DNA of 63,704 nt, counting the filler, from Craspedostauros australis (Eukaryota): the NCBI GenBank assembly GCA_030167865.1. It is 13 parts of 13 records of this genome, joined end to end, with 100 filler letters (N's around TTAATTAATTAA, not from the genome) between each part and the next. Parts side by side here need not be neighbours in the genome. Positions count along the whole stretch, not along the records: positions 9,774 to 30,823 come from JALAGF010004679.1; 12 more parts are not named here. The stretch is one strand, 5' to 3'. The stretch's first letter is position 1; every line of letters begins with the position of its first letter. The translations under genes were made by a program, and so were the position numbers. Below the pieces are notes generated by a model. The model did no database searches. It had not been told where the DNA came from and worked only from the letters and a program-made list of their open reading frames with translations. Shown in pieces: positions 11,655 to 24,359 of the stretch.

Positions 11655-12437
11655 ACATGGAGCGTGTGGGCTTGGGCATCTATCACATGGTAGAAATGGT
11701 AAAATAGTGGAGGAAGAACGTCTCGGCGGCTTCTGTATTTACCAAGGTGAACATGAAAGCAGAAGTACGTGTCTTGATTAGTATGCGTAGGGCATGGTAG
11801 GAGTACGGATCCGAGTACGAATGGGCACCGCCGTGCTTCCGCCAGATGAGAGAACTACATCGACCGTACTTTGCTTTCCAGCTGTGCTCTCAGAAGTGTG
11901 TGGTTGCTGTTGTGGTGGTGGTCGCACACCTTTCATGGTCTGCCATCAGTCTCCATCCCTCTCTGGAGGATGGCATGATGCAGCGCTCCAGGAGCGTGTA
12001 TCCACACAGATGCAGAGACGCGAACTGCTCGAAAATAGCTCATGGCTCTGGATTGGATTGTGTAGACTATGTTTGGTATCCTGTTTGACACAACCGACCA
12101 AACGCGAAACTTGAACACAAATCTGAAACAGAATGCAAATGGCAACGTGATTTTGTGGCCTTTGGGCCATGGTGGAGGGAGGAGAAACGACATGTGGATC
12201 GGATCCAAATGGTGGCGACATGTGGAGTTTGGCACCATCACAGCACCTGATTGCGAAAGGTCTGGGCGACCGCAGTTGTTCCTTCACAAAGACTGCGCAA
12301 AAGTCCGATCCACAAGTGTCCGGTTTGTATAGTACGCAAAGAGAGAGAGAGAAACGAGATCATATCATATCATACCTCGTATTATATAATACTGTACTCA
12401 TACCAGGAGCTATCGCAGAACAGAGCAGACAACCATC

Positions 12438-13815
12438 ATGTCGTCCATCGCCATCGCATCCTCCGCCACCAAGGCAGGCATCGCGGCTGCCATGCCCATG
12501 GCGCCAGGCATGCTCGCCAAGGCCTTCATTGTGTCCGGAGTGTTGGGCTACACGCACCCAGCGATGCCAGACACCACCAAGATCGAGAACAAGGTCTACC
12601 ACGCCTGGATCACCCAGGTGGCATCCCCCATCCGCTTCTTCATCAGCGGCAATCTCGGCAACGTCGCATTCGCCTCGCTGGAGCCTCTGATTGGCGAGTC
12701 CCTGCTGACCCTGCCGCTCCTGAAGGGCGTCGTGGATAAGTTCGGCAAGGAGTCCCTGGCCTTCACCATCGGCTACGTCCTCGAGATCGTCGTGCAGCAC
12801 ATTCTGCATGCCGTGCTGGTCTACGGCCTTTACACCATCAACACCACGCCGCGCTACATGCTCACCTTGCTGGGAGAAGCCGCCATCTACGGGGCCTCCC
12901 TGTTCGGATCGACCTACTTCAACATGCAGCTGCTGGAGACCCTCAAGCTGGATCGCGCGTTGGCGTTCGCCATCACCATGGCCGCCTTTGCCATCATCAA
13001 CTACTACACCATCGGCACGTGGGTGCGATGGGTCATGGAGTGGACCCCGGAGAAGGACGCCGCACCACAAGCCAGCAGCAACGGCAACAAAAAGAAGCAG
13101 AAGGTCAGCAAGCCACAACCGCCGAAGGTCACAACATCCACCACCGTCGCAACCGTCAAGCCACCTCCGCCACCAGCACCGCCAGCTGTTGTGCCCGTGA
13201 AGAAGGTCAGCAACGACAAGAAGAAGGCCAGCGGCAAGAAGACTGGTGTGGTCGCCAAGAAGAATGAGGGACTTGGATCAGGGAAGGCGCTCGGTCTCGT
13301 CGGTGCCACGTTGCTCGCGGGTGGATACGCGCTCGCGGAGACCGTCTTTGGTAGGTCGATTGAATGCGGCGCTTTGTGCTGTATGCTGTATGATGTATGC
13401 TGTGCCGTGTTACGTACTATATGATAGTCCTATGCATTGGTTTTGTGATGGGATCGTCTGGTGTTCATCGTTATCTCACATCAACGCACCGTTTTCCATT
13501 TGCACCTCCTTTGTGTCCTCCTTGTCGCACCGTCCTGCTCGACGCAATCCTCCATATCTCCCATTCCGAACCATTCACACGATAGCGGGCAACGGAAGTG
13601 ACGCAGGCAGCAAGCCTGCCCCAAAGGAAAAGGCGAAGCCAGCACCGCCTGCTCTGAAAGCAGCACCAAAGAAGAAGGTCACCGCATCCGCCAATTCGAA
13701 GGATAACACCGAATCTCGCGCCCAGAAACTCGCCAAGGAGATCAAGGGGATGGTCAAGGAGTCCACGGAGCTGTACGGAAACGAGCTGGACGGCGAAGCT
13801 CCAACCAAGGAATGA
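12438..13815 (+). CDS. Hypothetical multi-pass membrane protein with a Lys/Pro-rich C-terminal half; exons 12438-13350 and 13586-13815
   Basis: Strong C/G third-position codon bias. A phase-1 GTAGGT..GATAG intron joins ETVF-A-GNGSDAGSK in frame. The N-terminal half is hydrophobic. Confidence 0.75.
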
Positions 13816-14447
13816 AGAGAGAGAGAGAGAGAATTCCCACCTCCACGCATGCTTTTGGAAGAGTATGTATGATGCAAATCGCCGCCATGAATAGATGCAA
13901 CGCATCTGTTGGTGCACCCAGCAAATCGGTGCACTCTTGCAGAGTACTCGTGCGTCTGGCAGCGAGGCGTTCATTGGGCAGCAAACATGAGATCCCAAAC
14001 GATTAGAGCTGTCAACAAAGTACTATTCTATTATATGATTTCATACGCAATAACGAAGTAACAATCCGATACACACACACAGAAACGAAGGCCACGCATC
14101 TCGTACCACAGGAGACAACGTATGTACTATGGTATCGTCGGGCATGCTCCTGTGGAGTGGACGAAGCAACGTGGAGCCAAGCATCTACACTTGTGAACGG
14201 CCGCTACGAGCACGGTAATATGACTCGTTTGACCTCGACACCACAATTTGCCCAACACACACAACAACACAACGGAAAATAACGGTCATGTTATTGACGT
14301 TCATGGACTGACACGCAAAAGATGTGCAAATCACGTTGGAGCCATCATCACATGACAAGTCCTCCCATGCGCACTTCCGGTCACCACGGAATCCATGACC
14401 AGCAGCAGCAGCAGTAGCACCAGCAGAGGGACCCGCTCATAGTGCGC

Positions 14448-15950
14448 ATGCACGCACGGTCAGATCGAGCGGCAGCTTTCTCCGATGGCATTGCAGACAT
14501 CGGCAGAACACCAATGAAGCAACGGCGGGTTGGGCTGGTGGTGCTCTTCGGCCTCATCCTGGTCCTCTCTTCCTTTTCCATCTTCGTCTCCGTGAAGTTG
14601 GCGATCACCGACCATGCGCACCAGGATGGGTGGCTGAACGAAATGATCTTGGATCAGTCGATGGATGGATCCACAGAACAGCCATCGAATCCAATTCTCG
14701 GTCAGCCGCCACCGATCAGAGTTCAGGTGCAACCGCAGGCACCGTCGCAATCACTGCCACAGCCACAAATCATGAACCTCTCTCGAGACTTCACGTTCTT
14801 TCCCCACTTCATGACGCAGCAGCAACGGCATCCATCATTTGCAGATCCAAAACACTCCAACTGCACCAGTACCAGCCCCGATCTTCCAGGAATTCACGCC
14901 TCCCAAGAGTTTCCCACATCCTATGCCCCGCAATCCTTTCTTCGACAAGTGCATGGTGACTTCGAGGCTGCTTGGAACGCAAGTGGCCAGTATGCGCATT
15001 CTACCATCGAAACGGCTGCATGCTACATCACGAATCCATGCCCGTTGAACCACTTCCCTCACTTCCTGCAGCACATCGTGCAGTGCTGGTCGCTATGGGA
15101 GACGTTCCCTGATTCGGAGCATGCGCTGATCCTGGATCCTGGGAGGCTGGCCGGTGTCCTCAAGGCGTCCTCGTTTGGTCGGGGCATTGTGAAAATGCTG
15201 GAATCGGAACACATCGTCATCAATGAAACCACAACAGATGGCTACGAACAGAATTACTCGTCGAGTTTGGATCAGCTGCTCATCGTCATGACGAAACAAA
15301 CAAGATGGTTCGAGATGGAAAAGAGCGAACATCTCCAAAGCTTCAGGCAGAAGATGATGGAAAGCATCCCGATACAGAAGAATGCAACAGTCCATTGCTC
15401 CGCAGCCATGCATGTCAATGATCCAGCGCAGCAGATGCAACTGCAGCATCTCAACCGAACGCGCGAGCCACTTCCGCGCATTGCGATCCTCAACCGGAAG
15501 GGACACAGGCGGCTGCTGGATTCGAATACGATTTCCAATATACTGATGGATCGATTGGCGCTGACCTACAGACCGCCGGTGTTGTACTTTGAAGCATTTT
15601 CATTCGAACAGCAGGCCGAAGCCTTCACCAACGTGGACATCATCATTTCGCCGCATGGCGCGCAGTCCACCGGCATTTTCTTCATGCCTCGATGCGGGTC
15701 CCTCATCGAGATCTTCCCACCAGGACTTGACTCGAGACCTTGGTTTGGAACGATGGCGGCTCTGTCAGGACTGAACTACTCCTACGTCTACGTTGGCAAG
15801 CGCATGAAAAAGGAGACCGAAAAGATCATGCTCAAACCAGAGCTCAGATCCAAAGCACGCAAGCAACTGGTTTGTGCCCCGGTGGAAACAATCGTCGCGA
15901 CGGTGATGGAGCAGATCGATCATTGGCGACGGTGCTGCGGACTCTCATAA
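14448..15950 (+). CDS. Glycosyltransferase family 61 (DUF563)-like type II membrane protein (alternative start 14514)
   Basis: N-terminal TM segment after RR, Gln/Pro-rich stem, and motifs NHFPHFLQ, RIAILNRK and VDIIISPHGAQSTGIFFMPRCGSLIEIFP. Confidence 0.85.
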   Translation: MHARSDRAAAFSDGIADIGRTPMKQRRVGLVVLFGLILVLSSFSIFVSVKLAITDHAHQDGWLNEMILDQSMDGSTEQPSNPILGQPPPIRVQVQPQAPSQSLPQPQIMNLSRDFTFFPHFMTQQQRHPSFADPKHSNCTSTSPDLPGIHASQEFPTSYAPQSFLRQVHGDFEAAWNASGQYAHSTIETAACYITNPCPLNHFPHFLQHIVQCWSLWETFPDSEHALILDPGRLAGVLKASSFGRGIVKMLESEHIVINETTTDGYEQNYSSSLDQLLIVMTKQTRWFEMEKSEHLQSFRQKMMESIPIQKNATVHCSAAMHVNDPAQQMQLQHLNRTREPLPRIAILNRKGHRRLLDSNTISNILMDRLALTYRPPVLYFEAFSFEQQAEAFTNVDIIISPHGAQSTGIFFMPRCGSLIEIFPPGLDSRPWFGTMAALSGLNYSYVYVGKRMKKETEKIMLKPELRSKARKQLVCAPVETIVATVMEQIDHWRRCCGLS

Positions 15951-16683
15951 TCACTGTGCCAAATGTGACAGTTGAGTTTGATTCTTCTTATTCTCTCATT
16001 CACTCTGTTGCGTCGTGCGGATGGTAATGGTGGAGTTGCCCGATGTTGGATGACGTGGATCGAATTCAGGCAGGTTGCGAGGAGCTGCGGCAAATCATGA
16101 TACATTAAATAATGGTAAATCCACTGACACAACCTGACACGATGCGACACACCTGCTGGACAGAATGTCACCATGTTTTTGTCAATTCAAACTACAAGAA
16201 TGAAAAGGCCTTCGGGCATGTTCGCATTCTCATGTCCTTTCCTCCTCTGCTTTGTAAGTGTTCGTCGCCCGAGATTTGTCCCGTACCTGTCACCACGCAG
16301 AACTCACATCCTTCACTCTGCTTGAAGTACCTCCCACGACCACAATTATCGTCACTTGCTCCAAAGCAGCCTTGAGGGGAGGTTCTGAGCGAACATCGCC
16401 GGTCGCGACATCGCCACCAACATCAGCAGGAACAGGAACCGCATCGACACAAACGTGACCACATCATCCGTGCGGTCCCTCATCTTCACCAAGGCAGCAA
16501 AAGCAAGAATCCTGTCTCCTTCACCACCCTCCCTGCCATCACATGAAGCCTCTCTCCCTCTCTTCCTCATCCTCATTGGTTCTGTTCATCCACTTTTCAC
16601 ACCATCACTATCAACCCCAATTGCATTCGTTCCATCATTGACCAGTCTTCTCAAGCACCAGCCCCGTACAAACAGCATCGAAC

Positions 16684-19600
16684 ATGGTGCGGTTGCATGC
16701 GAGTGCTTCCTCCTCCTCCGACGACGACGGCGACGATGATGACAGTGGGAACTTCACAAACATCTCCGATGCACGAATACAACCGGACCATGGTGGAACT
16801 GAAGGCGACATCGAATCCAGCACAGATCAGCTCCGAAGGCAGGATCTGAGATCCGACAAAGATCATGAACTTCAGGAGGATCACGACAGCACGACCGCCG
16901 TCTCCACCATCTCGCCTGCCTCTTACCATGATGATACGAGCGGTTTCACCACCGCCGACAGCAACTTCCGCCCGAACCTCGCATCGTTTGGACAAGCAAT
17001 GAGCGACCGCAGGCTGGTTCCGAGGCAGATGCGCCCTTTTGCGCATGCTGCTGAGAAGTTTCCAGCCCCTGTCGCAGTCATGGAGGCTGATTCGACTCAT
17101 AGCAAAGACAATGCAAAGAGCACAAAGCAAATCCCGTCCACGATGCTCACCACAAGAGGCAACTCTTTGGAGCAGCAGCACAAGAAGGAATCGATCATTG
17201 CGGACGCACTTCGCCACGACGTGGCGAGAATACAGCACGATGATGTCCGAACGGGGCGAGTGAGGTTTACGGGCATTCAGCTGCAGCAGGTGGCATCGAA
17301 GACGCGAGCCACGTTCGACATTGAAAGTACTGATGGCACCCAGCTACTTTGTCCCGAACGGGAGGATACGAAGGAGAGCGGCAAATCCAACTCCGTCCAA
17401 CTCAAGCCATCAATCGTGATGCATCCTGGTGCAATTCGTGTTATCGGGCGTGACGGAGATGCCTCGTCGGGGCCAGAGATTGACGATGGCAGGCTCATGG
17501 AGGCAGATCCGACGGGCAGAATCCGGCTCGATGCGCCTGACAGCGAGGACGACGATACCGAGTATTCCACGACACTTCGTGACACGGGAACTATTTCGAC
17601 GCTCTCGACGCACCCTGGGGGCAACGCCGACCCCAGCAACGGCAATCAAGAAATTGCGGTGATCAATGCCGATGTTGAGGCTGACCGTGGGGCGGTAACA
17701 TCAGAACGGTTGCCTGTCGTGGCCGATCTTGCGCCTGACACGGATAAGATTGTGCAGCAGGCAATTGAGGAAGACAGAGCGCAACAGGATGTTGAACATC
17801 TGGTGCTCGTCGAGTCCGAACCAATCGATGAGGCGGGAGAAACACGGCGTGCCCGCAACCTCCGATGCGGTCTTGTCGCTCTTTGTTTGATCGTTGTCGT
17901 CACTGCAATCACCCTTGGGGTGATACTGTCAAAGGGCGACGGTGGAGGCGACAAGGCAAACGGGGAACCGCTGATCGCCGACAGGACCGACGCTCCCACG
18001 ATGAGTGTGCAGCCCAGCAGCATGCCCTCTGCTACTCCCACTATCTCACCATCATTGTCGCCAAGTACCGCGCCTAGTCAACAATCAACGCTCTCCAACT
18101 ATGATGCGTTGGTGCAAAGATTGGCCGCGGCGACAAACGGGAGCCTGTCAGTGTTTCATGATATGCTGAGTCCTCAATCACGCGCAGCACATTGGCTGTT
18201 GGAGGATACATTCTTCGCCATCGCAGATGCTGCCGTTGGTGACACAACTGGCAACAACACCAGCAGTATGTCCATCACAGACACTGTCGCTGACAATGGG
18301 ACTCCTTCAGTTTTGGCCTTCGAGTGGAATGAAACATCGACGAAACTTGTTGTGGAGAGATACGCCGCCGTCGTATTCTACTACGCTCTTGGCGGAGAGA
18401 TGTGGGACGACCAGCTCAACTTTCTTTCGAACGCATCGATTTGCGATTGGACAAAAAGTGTCATTACTCGCACTTCCACTCGCTTTGGCGTCATGGAAGT
18501 GGAGCATATCTATGGTATCGCATGCACCAGCAGCACGCATCCGCAACGGATTAATTTCGGCTGTAAGTTGCCAGGCTGAATCTGCTGTCGCCATTTCCAA
18601 ACGAGGAACGTTGCCTTCTGCTTCGCCTGTGATCTGCTGCTTGCGCTTGCTCTTGTGCTTCCTCATTACAACATACCACGCCAAACTGCGCTCACTCGAA
18701 TGCTTCCGCTCCCGATAAATGTCATCTCGTTGTCCCAACTTGACTACTCCACGCATCAACAGCTCATCATGAGGACATGCTCACTGGCAGATTGCCCACA
18801 GAGATTGGACTATTTCAGGAAGCGTACAGTTTCACACGTAAGTGTCTGGTGGACGGGTCACACAGGGCTCCTGGGTTGGGCCGCAACGGGCCATGTGAAG
18901 TTTTGCAATGTCCTCATGACAACCATCTCAACCCGTTGCTCGCTGCATCTTGGTGCATCTTCACTGAACCTTTCCAGTCGAATCGCAACCGCGGATCCGA
19001 GGGACCATTCCGACAGAATTAGGAAATCTCAAAGAGCTGTACAGGCTGAATCTATGTAAGTTTCGAGGCTTTCTCCCCGGGCAAACTGGATATTGGCTTG
19101 GCAGTTGGCTCTCTTGCGCTCCTACTCCCCATCTGTCCAAGTTGTTTAATGTGGCACATTGTACATTCCATTTTGCTGGTGGATTCCATTGTTGGTACAA
19201 ATGATTCCGCTCGAATTTCAAAATGAAACTCAGTCTCACACACCGACACTCCATTTGTATCGCAGCGCTGGAACGGTTGGAAGGCACAATCCCTACGGAA
19301 GTGGCTACGTTGCCATCCCTTGAGAGTCTGATATTGTGTAAGTAGATGGCGAGTGCACTCTGCTTGTTGCAGTATCTATCGGTGAATATGCCGTCTCGAA
19401 GCTTGCAGTGCTGCTTGCTCGTTTGCAAAACTCACTTGCGACAATGAATTCGCCGTACCTTTTGCAGTCGCTTTACCCATGTTTTTTCTCACACGTTCCA
19501 ACCTTGCAAATTGAGATACTGTTACGCGCAGCCAATACAATGTTATCAGGCCAGATCTCATTCAATGAAAACGACTTCACATCGCTCAGATATCTCTACC

Positions 19601-21614
19601 TAGGTAAGCACCACACAAGAGGCACTCGTTGGCATTCCTCGATTCCTCAGAGGCAAGGCGCAACTCTCCCTCCCTCTCACACACCGATCGAGATCTTCGT
19701 CATCCCACCTTGTTTCAAACCTCATTCCATTCTTACCACATTATACAAAGATGACACAGCCTGGGATTCGATCATCCCACGAGGCATCGAATACTTGACC
19801 CAATTGAGGCATCTTTCGATGCGTAAGTAAACGTGCGACTTGCTGTCATCTCCGAGGTCTGCTGTGCGATGGCTGTCATCGACTTTCATACAAGCAATGC
19901 TCATTGTCGATTTCAACACACTGCCTTGGACGTTACTGAAGGTGGAGATGTTCTCAGCCTCCGATCTCATGACACACCCATCACTCAATGGCGTTACATC
20001 TTCATCAATGTTTGTATTGCGTTCGCGTCTCAAACCACTTGCACCACATTCACTCTTTCCTATTGTCTGTATCACTCGCTGACTCCGATCGACTCTCTTC
20101 GAATAAAGTCAACACTGCGATGCGCGGCATAATTCCAACAGAAATTGGGAAACTGACATCATTGGAGAGGCTGGTGCTGGGTGAGCATATGAATGGATAC
20201 ACTCTTGAATGCGAATCAGTTTTGACTTCCTGATCTGCTTTGCCTCAATTGTGCTCTAGTATGCGGAGTATGCTGTTTGGAATATGCAGCAACCACAAGA
20301 ACCTCACTGTTAGTGTTGCTCGGTCATCTCCTTCTCTTATTATCCGGTCACCATCATCATGAACATACAACGTCCTGGGTGGCGTACTCCTCACGTGCCG
20401 TCGCGATTTATGCATCAGGTGCATGTCGCATCCTAGGTTCAATTCCCACAGAGATTGGGGAGATGACTTCATTGAAGCATCTCGATTTTGGTGAGTGGTG
20501 ACAATGTTCTTGGAGTTGGTGTCAGGATTGGTATACCGTGTGAGCCTTTCCTCAAGCGAGGCTCATTTTGGCCTCAAGGTCGGCCAAGTTTGGGAAGTCC
20601 ACTCACGAAGTGTTTGCTGCGATGCCGCTTGTGGCTGAAAAGCATCCGAACCTAACTGGCAACCTCCTCATTCTCCCGACTTTCTGTCGATACCTCATGC
20701 TATCCTCTCACCGAATCTTCTCGATCTTGATGAGGCAGAATACAGTTACTTTCTCAGTGGGAAGCTTCCAAGCGAGCTTGGTCGGTTGGTAGCATTGACT
20801 CATTTGAACGTTGGTAAGTATTTGGCACATGCTATTTCGTATTGGAAGTGGTGATATCTCGCTGGTCTTCGACTTCGAGCAACAGCAACAGCTGTTGTTG
20901 TTGTTGTTGCTGCTGCTGCTGATGGTGGCGGTTGCTCAATTTGCGCCATGCTTCTCACTTCATGTCTCCGTCTTTTCCACCAACGCCGGGTGTGCAATAC
21001 CTTGCTCCTTTTCCACGGTTTTCATCTCAAGCCTGCACCGACATTGATGGTATGATACCAGACACTCTCACTAATCTCACGCAACTGAGAGACTTCGATA
21101 TCAGTAAGTGGCCATTGTCATTACGAGGCTGTGTATTCGAGTATATGATTGAGCCATTTTGGTATGCGTCAGTGAAAAACGTGAGGAGAGCGCCGACATG
21201 CATATGCCTACGTACGAGCGTAATCGATTGGCCGTATTCATTGATCCCAATGCTGATTCTGTGGTTGCTTGTTGCCATTACTCATACTCTGCTCCTTTGA
21301 TTCCACAAAATCCGGCGATGAACCCTTCGTCTCCTCAAGGTGGCTCTTCTCTGACTGGGGGGATACCGCAGGACTTCTGCTCACAAACCTCTGACGTGCC
21401 TGGGACCTTTGCGGATCTGGAAATCGCAAATTGTGGCGCAAAAAAGAGAGAGGAGTTCGCCGTGGTCACCTTCCCACCAAACATCAACTGCACTCAATTC
21501 GATGAAACTGATCCCACCAATGTGTTGAACTGTTGCGGGTGCGCTTCGAATGATGTGGGTGAGGTGGTACGAGATTGTAGCAACTCCCGATCATGCTATA
21601 GCAGGCTTACATAA
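16684..21614 (+). CDS. Single-pass transmembrane LRR (plant-type LxGxIPxEIG) receptor-like protein, 11 exons
   Basis: Exon 1 (16684-18562) has a disordered N-terminus, TM GLVALCLIVVVTAITLGVIL, a P/S/T stalk and the LRR N-cap SPQSRAAHWL...ERYAAVVFYYALGG..W...FLS..SICDW. LRR exons are 18763-18837, 18978-19055, 19266-19337, 19532-19603, 19751-19822, 20109-20180, 20419-20490, 20739-20813 and 21032-21103. The last exon (21340-21614) is Cys-rich. Confidence 0.88.
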
Positions 21615-21935
21615 TCCGCGTGGAAGACTTCAAAGGGGAACCGGCGAGAAGAAAGATCATGCGGGAGAGACCGGAGGGAGGAGCATGATGGGGTGAAGTC
21701 TTTCTGCGAGCTTCTTGGGGAAGGGGAACAGCAGGTCGTTGATTTGACTTGCTCGCCGGATGCGACACGCACTGAAGTACCCTGGGGAGAGGTATGGTGT
21801 TCCCAATACAGAAGCGCGCGGTTGGGTTGAGTCGGGTTCGAAATTTACACATGCCTTTGATCCGAAGATCAAACTGCAGTTGTACAAATACCAGGCGAAG
21901 AAGGTATCTAAGCTATTGTTGCATGTGCTTACGGG

Positions 21936-23483
21936 CTACAATTGCTGCGCCATCAATGCCTCTTCTTGTGCAGTGGTGGATGGGCCCTGGTCTTGTTGCA
22001 GATCCTTTTGGTCCTGCGGTTGCCCATCACGATCATAATCTGGTTGTTGTTGTTGCTGCTGCTGTGCGATGATCTGCTGCACGGCGTCCGACACCATCCC
22101 GGCTCCCCACGCTGTCGCGTTCCATGCCATGCCGATGGTTTCCACAGGATGGCAGATGCGGTCGACAGCCATCCCCGCAGCCTTTTTCCCGACCTCCGGC
22201 CATCCACCTTGGCGCTCGACCTGATGCTGCACGACGCGGATGCTCTGCTTGGCAACCAACTTCCCCGTCAGCAGGGACAGCCGCGTGGTCTGCCAGGCCT
22301 GCGCCGCGCCGCTTTCTAGGTGTTCCAGGATGGGAGCCTGCGAGTTGTGCAAGTGATTGTAGACGTTCTGCAGGATGGAGTCCGTGATCACGATGCCGCC
22401 TCCCACAACCGCTGTACCGAAGGCGACGGGCCACATGGTGATTCCCAGAGCTGCTGTGAGCAAGGGCTTCTGCATGGCATTCTCTTTGCCCCAGCGGAAG
22501 GCATTTTCTACATGCGGACCCAGCGGTGGCCACAGGATGCGGATGCGTTTGCCTTTCTTATTTTTTGTGTTCTTCGTGTTGGCATTGCTGTCGTTGGTAT
22601 TGGTATTGGTGCTGGCGTCGTTGGTATCGTTGCTGCTGTCAATGCCGTTCTGTGATCTCGCTGCATCCATCGCGGGTATGGCCCTGTCCGACTGGGAACC
22701 TTGCTCCAGTATTTCAAAGCGAGGCGACGATCGATCTGCGTTGCTGCCAAGTTGCTGGTGCTCCACAAATCCCTGCAGCTGAAGGTGCGCTGACTGCAAC
22801 GATATCAAGAAGAGCCGCGCCGAAATGACAGCAACATCGGCAATCTCGCTGGCATCGCCATGATCGACGGACCGGAAGGCTTCTTCGACATCACGCAGGA
22901 GATAGGTCGCCGCTTGGAGCAGCCGCTGCATGTCATTGGGTTGGAGCTTCAGAAGCTGTTCCTGTTGCTGCTGCCACTGTTCTTCGGAAGGTCCTGTGTG
23001 GTTGCTCCAGGAAGCAGCCTCATTATTTCCGCCCGTCGTCGGTGCATCCACACTCAAGTCGGCAGCCTGTCTCCCTGAGCTTGACGATGGCGGCACCAAG
23101 GCTGTTTGCAGATCTTGCACGCAGGCCTGCGCCAGCATCTCGCGCTCCTCGTTGGACTGCTGCTCCAGCTCGTTGGCCATGTCCCCGATGACATCTGCAA
23201 TCTCCTGGCACTTTCTCAACACGACGGATCCAAGCTGCCTCGAATCGTTGCTGTCCTCCAGCTGAGTGATGAGGTCATCAACCTCCGTCAACCACGCACC
23301 CATGGTATCGACGACCGCGACTGCCAGCTCTCCCGAGTCCTGCTGATTGAGGGGCTGGAGCTGCCGCTCGGCGACAACGCCGGTGGAGGACGCATCCAAA
23401 GGCTTCCTCATCAGCACGCGGGCGTCAGAATCTGGGATGGATCTGGTCGATGCCAGCACGTCAAAGTCTTCTTCATTGAACAT
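21936..23483 (-). CDS. Hypothetical protein, 515 aa, with a helical/coiled N-terminal half and a hydrophobic segment in the C-terminal half
   Basis: Long ORF with protein-like composition; hydrophobic stretch LLTAALGITMWPVAFGTAVVGGGIVI; poly-Q tail. Confidence 0.75.
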   Translation of the reverse strand: MFNEEDFDVLASTRSIPDSDARVLMRKPLDASSTGVVAERQLQPLNQQDSGELAVAVVDTMGAWLTEVDDLITQLEDSNDSRQLGSVVLRKCQEIADVIGDMANELEQQSNEEREMLAQACVQDLQTALVPPSSSSGRQAADLSVDAPTTGGNNEAASWSNHTGPSEEQWQQQQEQLLKLQPNDMQRLLQAATYLLRDVEEAFRSVDHGDASEIADVAVISARLFLISLQSAHLQLQGFVEHQQLGSNADRSSPRFEILEQGSQSDRAIPAMDAARSQNGIDSSNDTNDASTNTNTNDSNANTKNTKNKKGKRIRILWPPLGPHVENAFRWGKENAMQKPLLTAALGITMWPVAFGTAVVGGGIVITDSILQNVYNHLHNSQAPILEHLESGAAQAWQTTRLSLLTGKLVAKQSIRVVQHQVERQGGWPEVGKKAAGMAVDRICHPVETIGMAWNATAWGAGMVSDAVQQIIAQQQQQQQPDYDRDGQPQDQKDLQQDQGPSTTAQEEALMAQQL

Positions 23484-24359
23484 CGTTGGGCACTTGTATT
23501 CGCAGCGGTCTGTATCTCTTTTTATGTGATGAAGTCAGTACTTGTCGGTGAGATTGGATGAATGACAAATGTAGGTCGTGTTGCAGATTGTTGTGTGACC
23601 ATCATCGACATCATGATCAACCTCATCATCGACATCATCTCTGACATCATCGTCACATGCGTGATGATCATCGTCGACGTGACGAATTCCAAACGCTTCT
23701 TCGTGCTTCGTCTTGATCCGTGTCCTATTCTCTTCTGTTTCGCTTTTCTCTTTTTCGTTTTGTTGGCAACCGCACTCGTTCTTGTCGATTTGACTATACC
23801 GACTACAAGCTCGACGGCGCAAAGTGACGTGTCACAATGCGACACGAGACGGAACATCGTACATAACGACATCGCGCTCGGCGACACATCACGACCACAA
23901 ATAACAACGACAGAAACTCTTCGTCACAAATTCGGCTGATGTGGCAGAAAGACGCAAAACACGCAAGCAACGAACCAGTTTGTCAGAGGTTGAAATCAAC
24001 GTCCGAGTTCATGTGGTGCAGGCAATCCGTGATGAAGCGCCTCTCACGTTCTCGAACGAGCGTGATTACCTCCCGGACATGTGTGTGCGTTGTTTGGGTG
24101 TTGATGGTGGTGACGAAGTTGATGTTGACATGTGGGTTGATTTCGGTGAAGTGATCATTGGGCGTGATGCGGTGCCATGCGCTTTGGTTGCGGAATGGAG
24201 AAGTCAAAAGGCCGTCGTTCAATTCCTTTCTCTCTCCTTTCTCGATCATTGGTGGCATGCATACCAAAAGCTCTTTCGTTGCGTAGCTTCAAGGTGTCCA
24301 TCTTCAGGATGTTTGGATGCATGACGACTTTGGCATGAATCGGCACTATTCCCACAGAA

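Noticed and set aside
12360..13118. 252-aa minus-strand ORF
   Set aside because: It is a shadow of a codon-biased plus-strand gene.
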